Origin: Utricularia gibba
Taxonomy: Eukaryota; Plantae; Magnoliophyta
DNA: 20,942 nucleotides
Direction of reading: 5' to 3'
Assembly (NCBI GenBank): GCA_002189035.1
Contig: NEEC01000337.1
Location: 1-20,942, forward strand
The notes beneath the pieces were generated by a model. It saw only the letters and a list, made by a program, of their open reading frames with translations, had not been told where the DNA came from and searched no databases. Made by a program: the position numbers and the translations under genes. Shown here piece by piece: positions 1 to 14,200 of this stretch (its first letter is position 1; each line of letters begins with the position of its first letter).

Positions 1-1566
1 GAAGAGTTAGCATCTGCATGTTTTGGAAGAGGTGCTTCGTGGACCGGGATGTGCGACATAGTCATTTCATTGCGCATCACATTCGGGTGCAGCCGAAAAA
101 TCACACGTGCACTGGATTCGTTAAAAGTAAACATTTTTGCGTACCTGGTGTATAATAGTGTTGGGATAAGTGATGCACGAAATTCATGATGTAACATGTG
201 ACTTTTTTCCATCTTGATCGCATATCCGATGAAGTTTGACACAATATGTTTTGGCTGTTGATTGATGCAATTAGTTGCCGATACTTCTGATTCTTGATAC
301 ACCATTCCCATACACCATGTCTCTAGTGGCTATTTGATTCTTTTGCCGTGTATCCCTTTGCATCAATTTCGAGAACGAGAAGCACATTATTAAACGCAGC
401 CACCAAGGAAGGACACGTAAGACACTTTTCGTTGTGGTTTGTTTTTAATATGTCCAAGTTATGGGACAAACGTAACTCCAAATTATACTACTTGGAGCAC
501 GAATAGGGCTTCCCAATGGTGTGCTATGAAGAGTTAGCATCTGCATGTTTTGGAAGAGGTGCTTCGTGGACCAGGATGTGCGACCTAGTCATTTCATTGC
601 GCATCACCATTCGGGGTGCAGCCGAAAAAATCACACGTGCACTGGATTCGTTAAAAGTAAACATTTTTGCGTACCTGGAGTATAATAGTGTTGGGATAAG
701 TGATGCCACGAAATTCATGATGTAACATGTGACTTTTTTCCATCTTGATCGCATATCCGATGAAGTTTGACACCATATGTTTTGGCTGTTGATTGATGCA
801 ATTAGTTGCCATGATACTTCTGATTCTTGATACACCATTCCCATACACCATGTCTCTAGTGGCTATTTGATTCTTTTGCCGTGTATCTTGTTTGCATCAA
901 TTTCGAGAACGAGAAGCACATTATTAAACGCAGCCACCAAGGAAGGACACGTAAGACACTTTTCGTTGTGGTTTGTTTTTAATATGTCCACAGTTATGGG
1001 ACAAACGTAACTCCAAATTATACTTTTGGAGCACGAATAGGGCTGCCCAATGGTGTGCTATGAAGAGTTAGGCTCTGCATGTTTTGGAAGAGGTGCTTCG
1101 TGACCGGGATGTGCGACATAGTCATTTCATTGCGCATCACCATTCGGGGTGCAGCCGAAAAATCACACGTTTACTGGATTCGTTAAAAGTAAACATTTTT
1201 GCGTACCTGGTGTATAATAGTGTTGGGATAAGTGATGCCACGAAATTCATGATGTAACATGTGACTTTTTCCATCTTGATCGCATATCCGATGAAGTTTG
1301 ACACATATGTTTGGCTGTTGATTGATTCAATTAGTTGCCATGATACTTCTGATTCTTGATACACCATTCCCATACACCATGTCTCTAGTGGCTATTTGAT
1401 TCTTTTGCCGTGTATCCCATTTGCATCAATTTCGAGAACGAGAAGCACATTATTAAACGCAGCCACCAAGGAAGGACACGTAAGACACTTTTCGTTGTGG
1501 TTTGTTTTTAATATGTCCAAGTTATGGGACAAACGAACTCCAAATTATACTACTTGGAGCACGAAT

Positions 1567-1607
1567 TAATATTGGCTCTGTTTTGAAGAGGGCATGTCTT
1601 CGTAGAC
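1567..1607. other. Scrambled, shortened junction between copies 3 and 4
   Basis: 41 bp (TAATATTGGCTCTGTTTTGAAGAGGGCATGTCTTCGTAGAC) replace the usual 68 bp between ACGAAT and AGGATG. Copies 3 and 4 together span 1031 bp instead of ~1060. Confidence 0.85.
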
Positions 1608-4600
1608 AGGATGTGCGACATAGTCATTTCATTGCGCATCACCATTCGGGTGCAGCCTAAAAATCACACGTGCACTGGATTCGTTAAAAGTAAACATTTT
1701 TGCGTACCTGGAGTATAATAGTGTTGGGATAAGTGATGCCACGAAATTCATGATGTAACATGTGACTTTTTCCATCTTGATCGCATATCCGATGAAGTTT
1801 GACACCATATGTTTTGGCTGTTGATTGATGCAATTAGTTGCCATGATACTTCTGATTCTTGATACACCATTCCCATACACCATGTCTCTAGTGGCTATTT
1901 GATTCTTTTGCCGTGTATCTTGTTTGCATCATTTCGAGAACGAGAAGCACATTATTAAACGCAGCCACCAAGGAAGGACACGTAAGACACTTTTCGTTGT
2001 GGTTTGTTTTTAATATGTCCACAGTTATGGGACAAACGTAACTCCAATTATACTACTTGGAGCACGAATAGGGCTTCCCAATGGTGTGCTATGAAGAGTT
2101 AGCTCTGCATGTTTTGGAAGAGGTGCTTCGTGGACCGGATGTGCGACATAGTCATTTCATTGCGCATCACCATTCGGGGTGCAGCCGAAAAATCACACGT
2201 GCACTGGATTCGTTAAAAGTAAACATTTTTGCGTACCTGGAGTATAATAGTGTTGGGATAAGTGATGCCACGAAATTCATGATGTAACATGTGACTTTTT
2301 TCCATCTTGATCGCATATCCGATGAAGTTTGACACCATATGTTTTGGCTGTTGATTGATGCAATTAGTTGCCATGATACTTCTGATTCTTGATACACCAT
2401 TCCATACACCATGTCTCTAGTGGCTATTTGATTCTTTTGCCGTGTATCCCATTTGCATCAATTTCGAGAACGAGAAGCACATTATTAAACGCAGCCACCA
2501 AGGAAGGACACGTAAGACACTTTTCGTTGTGGTTTGTTTTTAATATGTCCACAGTTATGGGACAAACGTAACTCCAAATTATACTACTTGGAGCACGAAT
2601 AGGGCTTCCCAATGGTGTGCTATGAAGAGTTAGCTCTGCATGTTTTGGAAGAGGTGCTTCGTGACAGGATGTGCGACATAGTCATTTCATTGCGCATCAC
2701 CATTCGGGGTGCAGCCGAAAAATCACACGTGCACTGGATTCGTTAAAAGTAAACATTTTTGCGTACCTGGAGTATAATAGTGTTGGGATAAGTGATGCCA
2801 CGAAATTCATGATGTAACATGTGACTTTTTTCCATCTTGATCGCATATCCGATGAAGTTTGACACCATATGTTTTGGCTGTTGATTGATGCAATTAGTTG
2901 CCATGATACTTCTGATTCTTGATACACCATTCCCATACACCATGTCTCTAGTGGCTATTTGATTCTTTTTCCGTGTATCTTGTTTGCATCAATTTCGAGA
3001 ACGAGAAGCACATTATTAAACGCAGCCACCAAGGAAGGACACGTAAGACACTTTTCGTTGTGGTTTGTTTTTAATATGTCCACAGTTATGGGACAAACGT
3101 AACTCCAAATTATACTACTTGGAGCACGAATAGGGCTTCCCAATGGTGTGCTATGAAGAGTTAGCTCTGCATGTTTTGGAAGAGGTGCTTCGTGGACCGG
3201 ATGTGCGACATAGTCATTTCATTGCGCATCACCATTCGGGTGCAGCCGAAAAATCACACGTGCACTGGATTCGTTAAAAGTAAACATTTTTGCGTACCTG
3301 GAGTATAATAGTGTTGGGATAAGTGATGCCACGAAATTCATGATGTAACATGTGACTTTTTCCATCTTGATCGCATATCCGATGAAGTTTGACACAATAT
3401 GTTTTGGCTGTTGATTGATGCAATTAGTTGCCATGATACTTCTGATTCTTGATACACCATTCCCATACACCATGTCTCTAGTGGCTATTTGATTCTTTTG
3501 CCGTGTATCCCATTTGCATCAATTTCGAGAACGAGAAGCACATTATTAAACGCAGCCACCAAGGAAGGACACGTAAGACACTTTTCGTTGTGGTTTGTTT
3601 TTAATATGTCCAAGTTATGGGACAAACGTAACTCCAATTATACTACTTGGAGCACGAATAGGGCTTCCCAATGGTGTGCTATGAAGAGTTAGCATCTGCA
3701 TGTTTTGGAAGAGGTGCTTCGTGACCAGGATGTGCGACATAGTCATTTCATTGCGCATCACCATTCGGGGTGCAGCCGAAAAATCACACGTGCACTGGAT
3801 TCGTTAAAAGTAAACATTTTTGCGTACCTGGAGTATAATAGTGTTGGGATAAGTGATGCCACGAAATTCATGATGTAACATGTGACTTTTTCCATCTTGA
3901 TCGCATATCCGATGAAGTTTGACACATATGTTTTGGCTGTTGATTGATGCAATTAGTTGCCATGATACTTCTGATTCTTGATACACCATTCCCATACACC
4001 ATGTCTCTAGTGGCTATTTGATTCTTTTGCCGTGTATCCCATTTGCATCAATTTCGAGAACGAGAAGCACATTATTAAACGCAGCCACCAAGGAAGGACA
4101 CGTAAGACACTTTTCGTTGTGGTTTGTTTTTAATATGTCCAAAGTTATGGGACAAACGTAACTCCAAATTATACTACTTGGAGCACGAATAGGGCTTCCC
4201 AATGGTGTGCTAAAGAGTTAGCATCTGCATGTTTTGGAAGGTGCTTCGTGGACCAGGATGTGCGACATAGTCATTTCATTGCGCATCACCATTCGGGTGC
4301 AGCCGAAAAAATCACACGTGCACTGGATTCGTTAAAAGTAAACATTTTTGCGTACCTGGAGTATAATAGTGTTGGGATAAGTGATGCCACGAAATTCATG
4401 ATGTAACATGTGACTTTTTTCCATCTTGATCGCATATCCGATGAAGTTTGACACCATATGTTTTGGCTGTTGATTGATGCAATTAGTTGCCATGATACTT
4501 CTGATTCTTGATACACCATTCCCATACACCATGTCTCTAGTGGCTATTTGATTCTTTTGCCGTGTATCCCATTTGCATCAATTTCGAGAACGAGAAGCAC

Positions 4601-4743
4601 ATTATTAAACGCAGCCACCAAGGAAGGACGCGTAAGACACTTTTCGTTGTGGTTTGTTTTTAATATGTCCAAAGTTATGGGACAAACGTAACTCCAAATT
4701 ATACTACTTGGAGCACGAATAGGGCTTCCCAATGGTGTGCTAT

Positions 4744-5277
4744 GAAGAGTTAGCATCTGCATGTTTTGGAAGAGGTGCTTCGTGGACCAGGATGTGCGAC
4801 ATAGTCATTTCATTGCGCATCACCATTCGGGGTGCAGCCGAAAAATCACACGTGCACTGGATTCGTTAAAAGTAAACATTTTTGCGTACCTGGAGTATAA
4901 TAGTGTTGGGATAAGTGATGCCACGAAATTCATGATGTAACATGTGACTTTTTTCCATCTTGATCGCATATCCGATGAAGTTTGACACAATATGTTTTGG
5001 CTGTTGATTGATGCAATTAGTTGCCATGATACTTCTGATTCTTGATACACCATTCCCATACACCATGTCTCTAGTGGCTATTTGATTCTTTTGCCGTGTA
5101 TCCCATTTGCATCAATTTCGAGAACGAGAAGCACATTATTAAACGCAGCCACCAAGGAAGGACACGTAAGACACTTTTCGTTGTGGTTTGTTTTTAATAT
5201 GTCCGCAGTTATGGGACAAACGTAACTCCAAATTATACTACTTGGAGCACGAATAGGGCTTCCCAATGGTGTGCTAT
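4744..5277. repeat. Reference full-length monomer (copy 10, 534 bp, no deletion alleles)
   Basis: It carries a full-length allele at every variable site (AGCATCT, GTGGACCAGG, TTCGGGGTGC, GAC-T6-CC, GACACAATATG, GTATCCCATTTGC, GTCCGCAGTT). Manual counts give 534 bp, 221 G+C (~41%) and 20 CpG. Copy 16 (7934-8467) is also 534 bp, and no copy is longer than 534. Confidence 0.9.
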
Positions 5278-8200
5278 GAAGAGTTAGCATCTGCATGTTT
5301 TGGAAGAGGTGCTTCGTGACAGGATGTGCGACATAGTCATTTCATTGCGCATCACCATTCGGGTGCAGCCTAAAAATCACACGTGCACTGGATTCGTTAA
5401 AAGTAAACATTTTTGCGTACCTGGAGTATAATAGTGTTGGGATAAGTGATGCCACGAAATTCATGATGTAACATGTGACTTTTTTCCATCTTGATCGCAT
5501 ATCCGATGAAGTTTGACACCATATGTTTTGGCTGTTGATTGATGCAATTAGTTGCCATGATACTTCTGATTCTTGATACACCATTCCCATACACCATGTC
5601 TCTAGTGGCTATTTGATTCTTTTGCCGTGTATCCCATTTGCATCAATTTCGAGAACGAGAAGCACATTATTAAACGCAGCCACCAAGGAAGGACACGTAA
5701 GACACTTTTCGTTGTGGTTTGTTTTTAATATGTCCCAGTTATGGGACAAACGTAACTCCAAATTATACTACTTGGAGCACGAATAGGGCTTCCCAATGGT
5801 GTGCTAGGAAGAGTTAGCTCTGCATGTTTTGGAAGAGGTGCTTCGTGACCGGATGTGCGACATAGTCATTTCATTGCGCATCACCATTCGGGGTGCAGCC
5901 GAAAAATCACACGTTTACTGGATTCGTTAAAAGTAAACATTTTTGCGTACCTGGTGTATAATAGTGTTGGGATAAGTGATGCCACGAAATTCATGATGTA
6001 ACATGTGACTTTTTCCATCTTGATCGCATATCCGATGAAGTTTGACACCAATATGTTTTGGCAGTTGATTGATGCAATTAGTTGCCATGATACTTCTGAT
6101 TCTTGATACACCATTCCCATACACCATGTCTCTAGTGGCTATTTGATTCTTTTGCCGTGTATCCCATTTGCATCAATTTCGAGAACGAGAAGCACATTAT
6201 TAAACGCAGCCACCAAGGAAGGACACGTAAGACACTTTTCGTTGTGGTTTGTTTTTAATATGTCCGCAGTTATGGGACAAACGTAACTCCAAATTATACT
6301 ACTTGGAGCACGAATAGGGCTTCCCAATGGTGTGCTATGAAGAGTTAGCATCTGCATGTTTTGGAAGAGGTGCTTCGTGGACCAGGATGTGCGACCTAGT
6401 CATTTCATTGCGCATCACCATTCGGGGTGCAGCCGAAAAATCACACGTGCACTGGATTCGTTAAAAGTAAACATTTTTGCGTACCTGGAGTATAATAGTG
6501 TTGGGATAAGTGATGCCACGAAATTCATGATGTAACATGTGACTTTTTTCCATCTTGATCGCATATCCGATGAAGTTTGACACAATATGTTTGGCTGTTG
6601 ATTGATGCAATTAGTTGCCATGATACTTCTGATTCTTGATACACCATTCCCATACACCATGTCTCTAGTGGCTATTTGATTCTTTTGCCGTGTATCCCAT
6701 TTGCATCAATTTCGAGAACGAGAAGCACATTATTAAACGCAGCCACCAAGGAAGGACACGTAAGACACTTTTCGTTGTGGTTTGTTTTTAATATGTCCAC
6801 AGTTATGGGACAAACGTAACTCCAAATTATACTACTTGGAGCACGAATAGGGCTTCCCAATGGTGTGCTATGAAGAGTTAGCATCTGCATGTTTTGGAAG
6901 AGGTGCTTCGTGACCGGATGTGCGACATAGTCATTTCATTGCGCATCACCATTCGGGGTGCAGCCGAAAAATCACACGTGCACTGGATTCGTTAAAAGTA
7001 AACATTTTTGCGTACCTGGAGTATAATAGTGTTGGGATAAGTGATGCCACGAAATTCATGATGTAACATGTGACTTTTTCCATCTTGATCGCATATCCGA
7101 TGAAGTTTGACACCATATGTTTTGGAGTTGATTGATGCAATTAGTTGCCATGATACTTCTGATTCTTGATACACCATTCCCATACACCATGTCTCTAGTG
7201 GCTATTTGATTCTTTTGCCGTGTATCCCATTTGCATCAATTTCGAGAACGAGAAGCACATTATTAAACGCAGCCACCAAGGAAGGACACGTAAGACACTT
7301 TTCGTTGTGGTTTGTTTTTAATATGTCCGCAGTTATGGGACAAACGTAACTCCAAATTATACTACTTGGAGCACGAATAGGGCTTCCCAATGGTGTGCTA
7401 TGAAGAGTTAGCTCTGCATGTTTTGGAAGAGGTGCTTCGTGGACCGGGATGTGCGACATAGTCATTTCATTGCGCATCACCATTCGGGGTGCAGCCGAAA
7501 AATCACACGTGCACTGGATTCGTTAAAAGTAAACATTTTTGCGTACCTGGTGTATAATAGTGTTGGGATAAGTGATGCCACGAAATTCATGATGTAACAT
7601 GTGACTTTTTCCATCTTGATCGCATATCCGATGAAGTTTGACACCATATGTTTTGGCAGTTGATTGATGCAATTAGTTGCCATGATACTTCTGATTCTTG
7701 ATACACCATTCCCATACACCATGTCTCTAGTGGCTATTTGATTCTTTTGCCGTGTATCCCATTTGCATCAATTTCGAGAACGAGAAGCACATTATTAAAC
7801 GCAGCCACCAAGGAAGGACACGTAAGACACTTTTCGTTGTGGTTTGTTTTTAATATGTCCACAGTTATGGGACAAACGTAACTCCAAATTATACTACTTG
7901 GAGCACGAATAGGGCTTCCCAATGGTGTGCTATGAAGAGTTAGCATCTGCATGTTTTGGAATAGGTGCTTCGTGGACCAGGATGTGCGACATAGTCATTT
8001 CATTGCGCATCACCATTCGGGGTGCAGCCGAAAAATCACACGTGCACTGGATTCGTTAAAAGTAAACATTTTTGCGTACCTGGAGTATAATAGTGTTGGG
8101 ATAAGTGATGCCACGAAATTCATGATGTAACATGTGACTTTTTTCCATCTTGATCGCATATCCGATGAAGTTTGACACAATATGTTTTGGCTGTTGATTG

Positions 8201-11200
8201 ATTCAATTAGTTGCCATGATACTTCTGATTCTTGATACACCATTCCCATACACCATGTCTCTAGTGGCTATTTGATTCTTTTGCCGTGTATCCCATTTGC
8301 ATCAATTTCGAGAACGAGAAGCACATTATTAAACGCAGCCACCAAGGAAGGACACGTAAGACACTTTTCGTTGTGGTTTGTTTTTAATATGTCCGCAGTT
8401 ATGGGACAAACGTAACTCCAAATTATACTACTTGGAGCACGAATAGGGCTTCCCAATGGTGTGCTATGAAGAGTTAGCATCTGCATGTTTTGGAAGAGGT
8501 GCTTCGTGACCAGGATGTGCGACATAGTCATTTCATTGCGCATCACCATTCGGGTGCAGCCGAAAAATCACACGTGCACTGGATTCGTTAAAAGTAAACA
8601 TTTTTGCGTACCTGGAGTATAATAGTGTTGGGATAAGTGATGCCACGAAATTCATGATGTAACATGTGACTTTTTCCATCTTGATCGCATATCCGATGAA
8701 GTTTGACACCATATGTTTTGGCTGTTGATTGATGCAATTAGTTGCCATGATACTTCTGATTCTTGATACACCATTCCCATACACCATGTCTCTAGTGGCT
8801 ATTTGATTCTTTTGCCGTGTATCCCATTTGCATCAATTTCGAGAACGAGAAGCACATTATTAAACGCAGCCACCAAGGAAGGACACGTAAGACACTTTTC
8901 GTTGTGGTTTGTTTTTAATATGTCCGCAGTTATGGGACAAACGTAACTCCAAATTATACTACTTGGAGCACGAATAGGGCTTCCCAATGGTGTGCTATGA
9001 AGAGTTAGCATCTGCATGTTTTGGAAGAGGTGCTTCGTGGACCAGGATGTGCGACATAGTCATTTCATTGCGCATCACCATTCGGGTGCAGCCGAAAAAT
9101 CACACGTGCACTGGATTCGTTAAAAGTAAACATTTTTGCGTACCTGGGTATAATAGTGTTGGGATAAGTGATGCCACGAAATTCATGATGTAACATGTGA
9201 CTTTTTCCATCTTGATCGCATATCCGATGAAGTTTGACACCATATGTTTTGGCAGTTGATTGATGCAATTAGTTGCCATGATACTTCTGATTCTTGATAC
9301 ACCATTCCCATACACCATGTCTCTAGTGGCTATTTGATTCTTTTGCCGTGTATCCCATTTGCATCAATTTCGAGAACGAGAAGCACATTATTAAACGCAG
9401 CCACCAAGGAAGGACACGTAAGACACTTTTCGTTGTGGTTTGTTTTTAATATGTCCGCAGTTATGGGACAAACGTAACTCCAAATTATACTTCTTGGAGC
9501 ACGAATAGGGCTTCCCAATGGTGTGCTATGAAGAGTTAGCATCTGCATGTTTTGGAAGAGGTGCTTCGTGGACCAGGATGTGCGACATAGTCATTTCATT
9601 GCGCATCACCATTCGGGGTGCAGCCGAAAAATCACACGTGCACTGGATTCGTTAAAAGTAAACATTTTTGCGTACCTGGAGTATAATAGTGTTGGGATAA
9701 GTGATGCCACGAAATTCATGATGTAACATGTGACTTTTTTCCATCTTGATCGCATATCCGATGAAGTTTGACACCAATATGTTTCGGCTGTTGATTGATC
9801 AATTAGTTGCCATGATACTTCTGATTCTTGATACACCATTCCCATACACCATGTCTCTAGTGGCTATTTGATTCTTTTGCCGTGTATCTTTTTGCATCAA
9901 TTTCGAGAACGAGAAGCACATTATTAAACGCAGCCACCAAGGAAGGACACGTAAGACACTTTTCGTTGTGGTTTGTTTTTAATATGTCCACAGTTATGGA
10001 CAAACGTAACTCCAAATTATACTTCTTGGAGCACGAATAGGGCTTCCCAATGGTGTGCTATGAAGAGTTAGCATCTGCATGTTTTGGAAGAGGTGCTTCG
10101 TGGACCAGGATGTGCGACATAGTCATTTCATTGCGCATCACCATTCGGGTGCAGCCGAAAAATCACACGTGCACTGGATTCGTTAAAAGTAAACATTTTT
10201 GCGTACCTGGAGTATAATAGTGTTGGGATAAGTGATGCCACGAAATTCATGATGTAACATGTGACTTTTTCCATCTTGATCGCATATCCGATGAAGTTTG
10301 ACACCATATGTTTTGGCAGTTGATTGATGCAATTAGTTGCCATGATACTTCTGATTCTTGATACACCATTCCCATACACCATGTCTCTAGTGGCTATTTG
10401 ATTCTTTTGCCGTGTATCCCATTTGCATCAATTTCGAGAACGAGAAGCACATTATTAAACGCAGCCACCAAGGAAGGACACGTAAGACACTTTTCGTTGT
10501 GGTTTGTTTTTAATATGTCCCAGTTATGGGACAAACGTAACTCCAAATTATACTACTTGGAGCACGAATAGGGCTTCCCAATGGTGTGCTATGAAGAGTT
10601 AGCATCTGCATGTTTTGGAAGAGGTGCTTCGTGGACCAGGATGTGCGACATAGTCATTTCATTGCGCATCACCATTCGGGGTGCAGCCGAAAAATCACAC
10701 GTGCACTGGATTCGTTAAAAGTAAACATTTTTGCGTACCTGGAGTATAATAGTGTTGGGATAAGTGATGCCACGAAATTCATGATGTAACATGTGACTTT
10801 TTTCCATCTTGATCGCATATCCGATGAAGTTTGACACAATATGTTTTGGCTGTTGATTGATGCAATTAGTTGCCATGATACTTCTGATTCTTGATACACC
10901 ATTCCCATACACCATGTCTCTAGTGGCTATTTGATTCTTTTGCCGTGTATCTTTGCATCAATTTCGAGAACGAGAAGCACATTATTAAACGCAGCCACCA
11001 AGGAAGGACACGTAAGACACTTTTCGTTGTGGTTTGTTTTTAATATGTCCACAGTTATGGGACAAACGTAACTCCAAATTATACTACTTGGAGCACGAAT
11101 AGGGCTTCCCAATGGTGTGCTATGAAGAGTTAGCATCTGCATGTTTTGGAAGAGGTGCTTCGTGGACCAGGATGTGCGACATAGTCATTTCATTGCGCAT

Positions 11201-14200
11201 CACCATTCGGGGTGCAGCCGAAAAATCACACGTGCACTGGATTCGTTAAAAGTAAACATTTTTGCGTACCTGGAGTATAATAGTGTTGGGATAAGTGATG
11301 CCACGAAATTCATGATGTAACATGTGACTTTTTCCATCTTGATCGCATATCCGATGAAGTTTGACACCAATATGTTTTGGCTGTTGATTGATGCAATTAG
11401 TTGCCATGATACTTCTGATTCTTGATACACCATTCCCATACACCATGTCTCTAGTGGCTATTTGATTCTTTTGCCGTGTATCCCATTTGCATCAATTTCG
11501 AGAACGAGAAGCACATTATTAAACGCAGCCACCAAGGAAGGACACGTAAGACACTTTTCGTTGTGGTTTGTTTTTAATATGTCCGCAGTTATGGGACAAA
11601 CGTAACTCCAAATTATACTTCTTGGAGCACGAATAGGGCTTCCCAATGGTGTGCTATGAAGAGTTAGCATCTGCATGTTTTGGAAGAGGTGCTTCGTGAC
11701 CAGGATGTGCGACATAGTCATTTCATTGCGCATCACCATTCGGGTGCAGCCTAAAAATCACACGTGCACTGGATTCGTTAAAAGTAAACATTTTTGCGTA
11801 CCTGGTGTATAATAGTGTTGGGATAAGTGATGCCACGAAATTCATGATGTAACATGTGACTTTTTTCCATCTTGATCGCATATCCGATGAAGTTTGACAC
11901 CATATGTTTGGCAGTTGATTGATGCAATTAGTTGCCATGATACTTCTGATTCTTGATACACCATTCCCATACACCATGTCTCTAGTGGCTATTTGATTCT
12001 TTTGCCGTGTATCCCATTTGCATCAATTTCGAGAACGAGAAGCACATTATTAAACGCAGCCACCAAGGAAGGACACGTAAGACACTTTTCGTTGTGGTTT
12101 GTTTTTAATATGTCCACAGTTATGGGACAAACGTAACTCCAAATTATACTACTTGGAGCACGAATAGGGCTTCCCAATGGTGTGCTATGAAGAGTTAGCA
12201 TCTGCATGTTTTGGAAGAGGTGCTTCGTGGACCAGGATGTGCGACCTAGTCATTTCATTGCGCATCACCATTCGGGGTGCAGCCGAAAAATCACACGTGC
12301 ACTGGATTCGTTAAAAGTAAACATTTTTGCGTACCTGGAGTATAATAGTGTTGGGATAAGTGATGCCACGAAATTCATGATGTAACATGTGACTTTTTCC
12401 ATCTTGATCGCATATCCGATGAAGTTTGACACCATATGTTTTGGCTGTTGATTGATGCAATTAGTTGCCATGATACTTCTGATTCTTGATACACCATTCC
12501 CATACACCATGTCTCTAGTGGCTATTTGATTCTTTTGCCGTGTATCTTTGCATCAATTTCGAGAACGAGAAGCACATTATTAAACGCAGCCACCAAGGAA
12601 GGACACGTAAGACACTTTTCGTTGTGGTTTGTTTTTAATATGTCCACAGTTATGGGACAAACGTAACTCCAAATTATACTACTTGGAGCACGAATAGGGC
12701 TTCCCAATGGTGTGCTATGAAGAGTTAGCTCTGCATGTTTTGGAAGAGGTGCTTCGTGGACCAGGATGTGCGACATAGTCATTTCATTGCGCATCACCAT
12801 TCGGGGTGCAGCCGAAAAATCACACGTGCACTGGATTCGTTAAAAGTAAACATTTTTGCGTACCTGGAGTATAATAGTGTTGGGATAAGTGATGCCACGA
12901 AATTCATGATGTAACATGTGACTTTTTCCATCTTGATCGCATATCCGATGAAGTTTGACACCATATGTTTTGGCAGTTGATTGATGCAATTAGTTGCCAT
13001 GATACTTCTGATTCTTGATACACCATTCCCATACACCATGTCTCTAGTGGCTATTTGATTCTTTTGCCGTGTATCTTTGCATCAATTTCGAGAACGAGAA
13101 GCACATTATTAAACGCAGCCACCAAGGAAGGACACGTAAGACACTTTTCGTTGTGGTTTGTTTTTAATATGTCCACAGTTATGGGACAAACGTAACTCCA
13201 AATTATACTACTTGGAGCACGAATAGGGCTTCCCAATGGTGTGCTAGAAGAGTTAGCATCTGCATGTTTTGGAAGAGGTGCTTCGTGGACCAGGATGTGC
13301 GACATAGTCATTTCATTGCGCATCACCATTCGGGTGCAGCCGAAAAATCACACGTGCACTGGATTCGTTAAAAGTAAACATTTTTGCGTACCTGGGTATA
13401 ATAGTGTTGGGATAAGTGATGCCACGAAATTCATGATGTAACATGTGACTTGTTTCCATCTTGATCGCATATCCGATGAAGTTTGACACCATATGTTTTG
13501 GCAGTTGATTGATGCAATTAGTTGCCATGATACTTCTGATTCTTGATACACCATTCCCATACACCATGTCTCTAGTGGCTATTTGATTCTTTTGCCGTGT
13601 ATCTTTGCATCAATTTCGAGAACGAGAAGCACATTATTAAACGCAGCCACCAAGGAAGGACACGTAAGACACTTTTCGTTGTGGTTTGTTTTTAATATGT
13701 CCGCAGTTATGGGACAAACGTAACTCCAAATTATACTACTTGGAGCACGAATAGGGCTTCCCAATGGTGTGCTATGAAGAGTTAGCATCTGCATGTTTTG
13801 GAAAGGTGCTTCGTGGACCAGGATGTGCGACATAGTCATTTCATTGCGCATCACCATTCGGGGTGCAGCCGAAAAATCACACGTGCACTGGATTCGTTAA
13901 AAGTAAACATTTTTGCGTACCTGGAGTATAATAGTGTTGGGATAAGTGATGCCACGAAATTCATGATGTAACATGTGACTTTTTTCCATCTTGATCGCAT
14001 ATCCGATGAAGTTTGACACCATATGTTTTGGCTGTTGATTGATGCAATTAGTTGCCATGATACTTCTGATTCTTGATACACCATTCCCATACACCATGTC
14101 TCTAGTGGCTATTTGATTCTTTTGCCGTGTATCTTTGCATCAATTTCGAGAACGAGAAGCACATTATTAAACGCAGCCACCAAGGAAGGACACGTAAGAC

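Noticed and set aside
1-527. Toxoplasma gondii 529-bp repeat element (similar size)
   Set aside because: As I recall it, that element has long poly-T tracts and GA-rich stretches and is more GC-rich. None of that is present here.
4896-4987. Bacterial promoter boxes TATAAT (4896-4901) and TTGACA (4982-4987) in each monomer
   Set aside because: They are in the wrong order and ~85 bp apart. Neither has a partner box at 16-18 bp spacing, and no gene follows.
4971-5000. Hammerhead ribozyme core, as in newt, schistosome and cave-cricket satellites, suggested by CCGATGA
   Set aside because: The core requires CUGANGA followed after a short stem II by GAAA. Here the motif is CCGATGA with no downstream GAAA, and TCNTCAG (the minus-strand core) was not found.
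4841-5113. Inverted repeats (AAAAATCACACGTG / AACATGTGACTTTTTT and ATTGATGCAA / TTGCATCAAT) and palindromic hexamers
   Set aside because: They are short or imperfect, ~90 bp apart and within chance expectation for 534 bp. About 6 palindromic hexamers were seen versus about 8 expected. They are not terminal inverted repeats and there is no target-site duplication.
4744-5277. 5S rDNA, snRNA or spliced-leader tandem gene array; GAAGAGTTAGCAT resembles U6 GAAGATTAGCAT
   Set aside because: The U6 ACAGAGA box and flanking sequence are absent. No 5S, tRNA, U1/U2 or SL1 conserved sequence is recognisable on either strand.
4744-5277. 534 = 3 x 178, suggesting a trimer of a nucleosome-sized (CEN178-like) unit
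   Set aside because: Comparing the three 178-bp thirds shows only a short TT.GCATC match and no sustained similarity.
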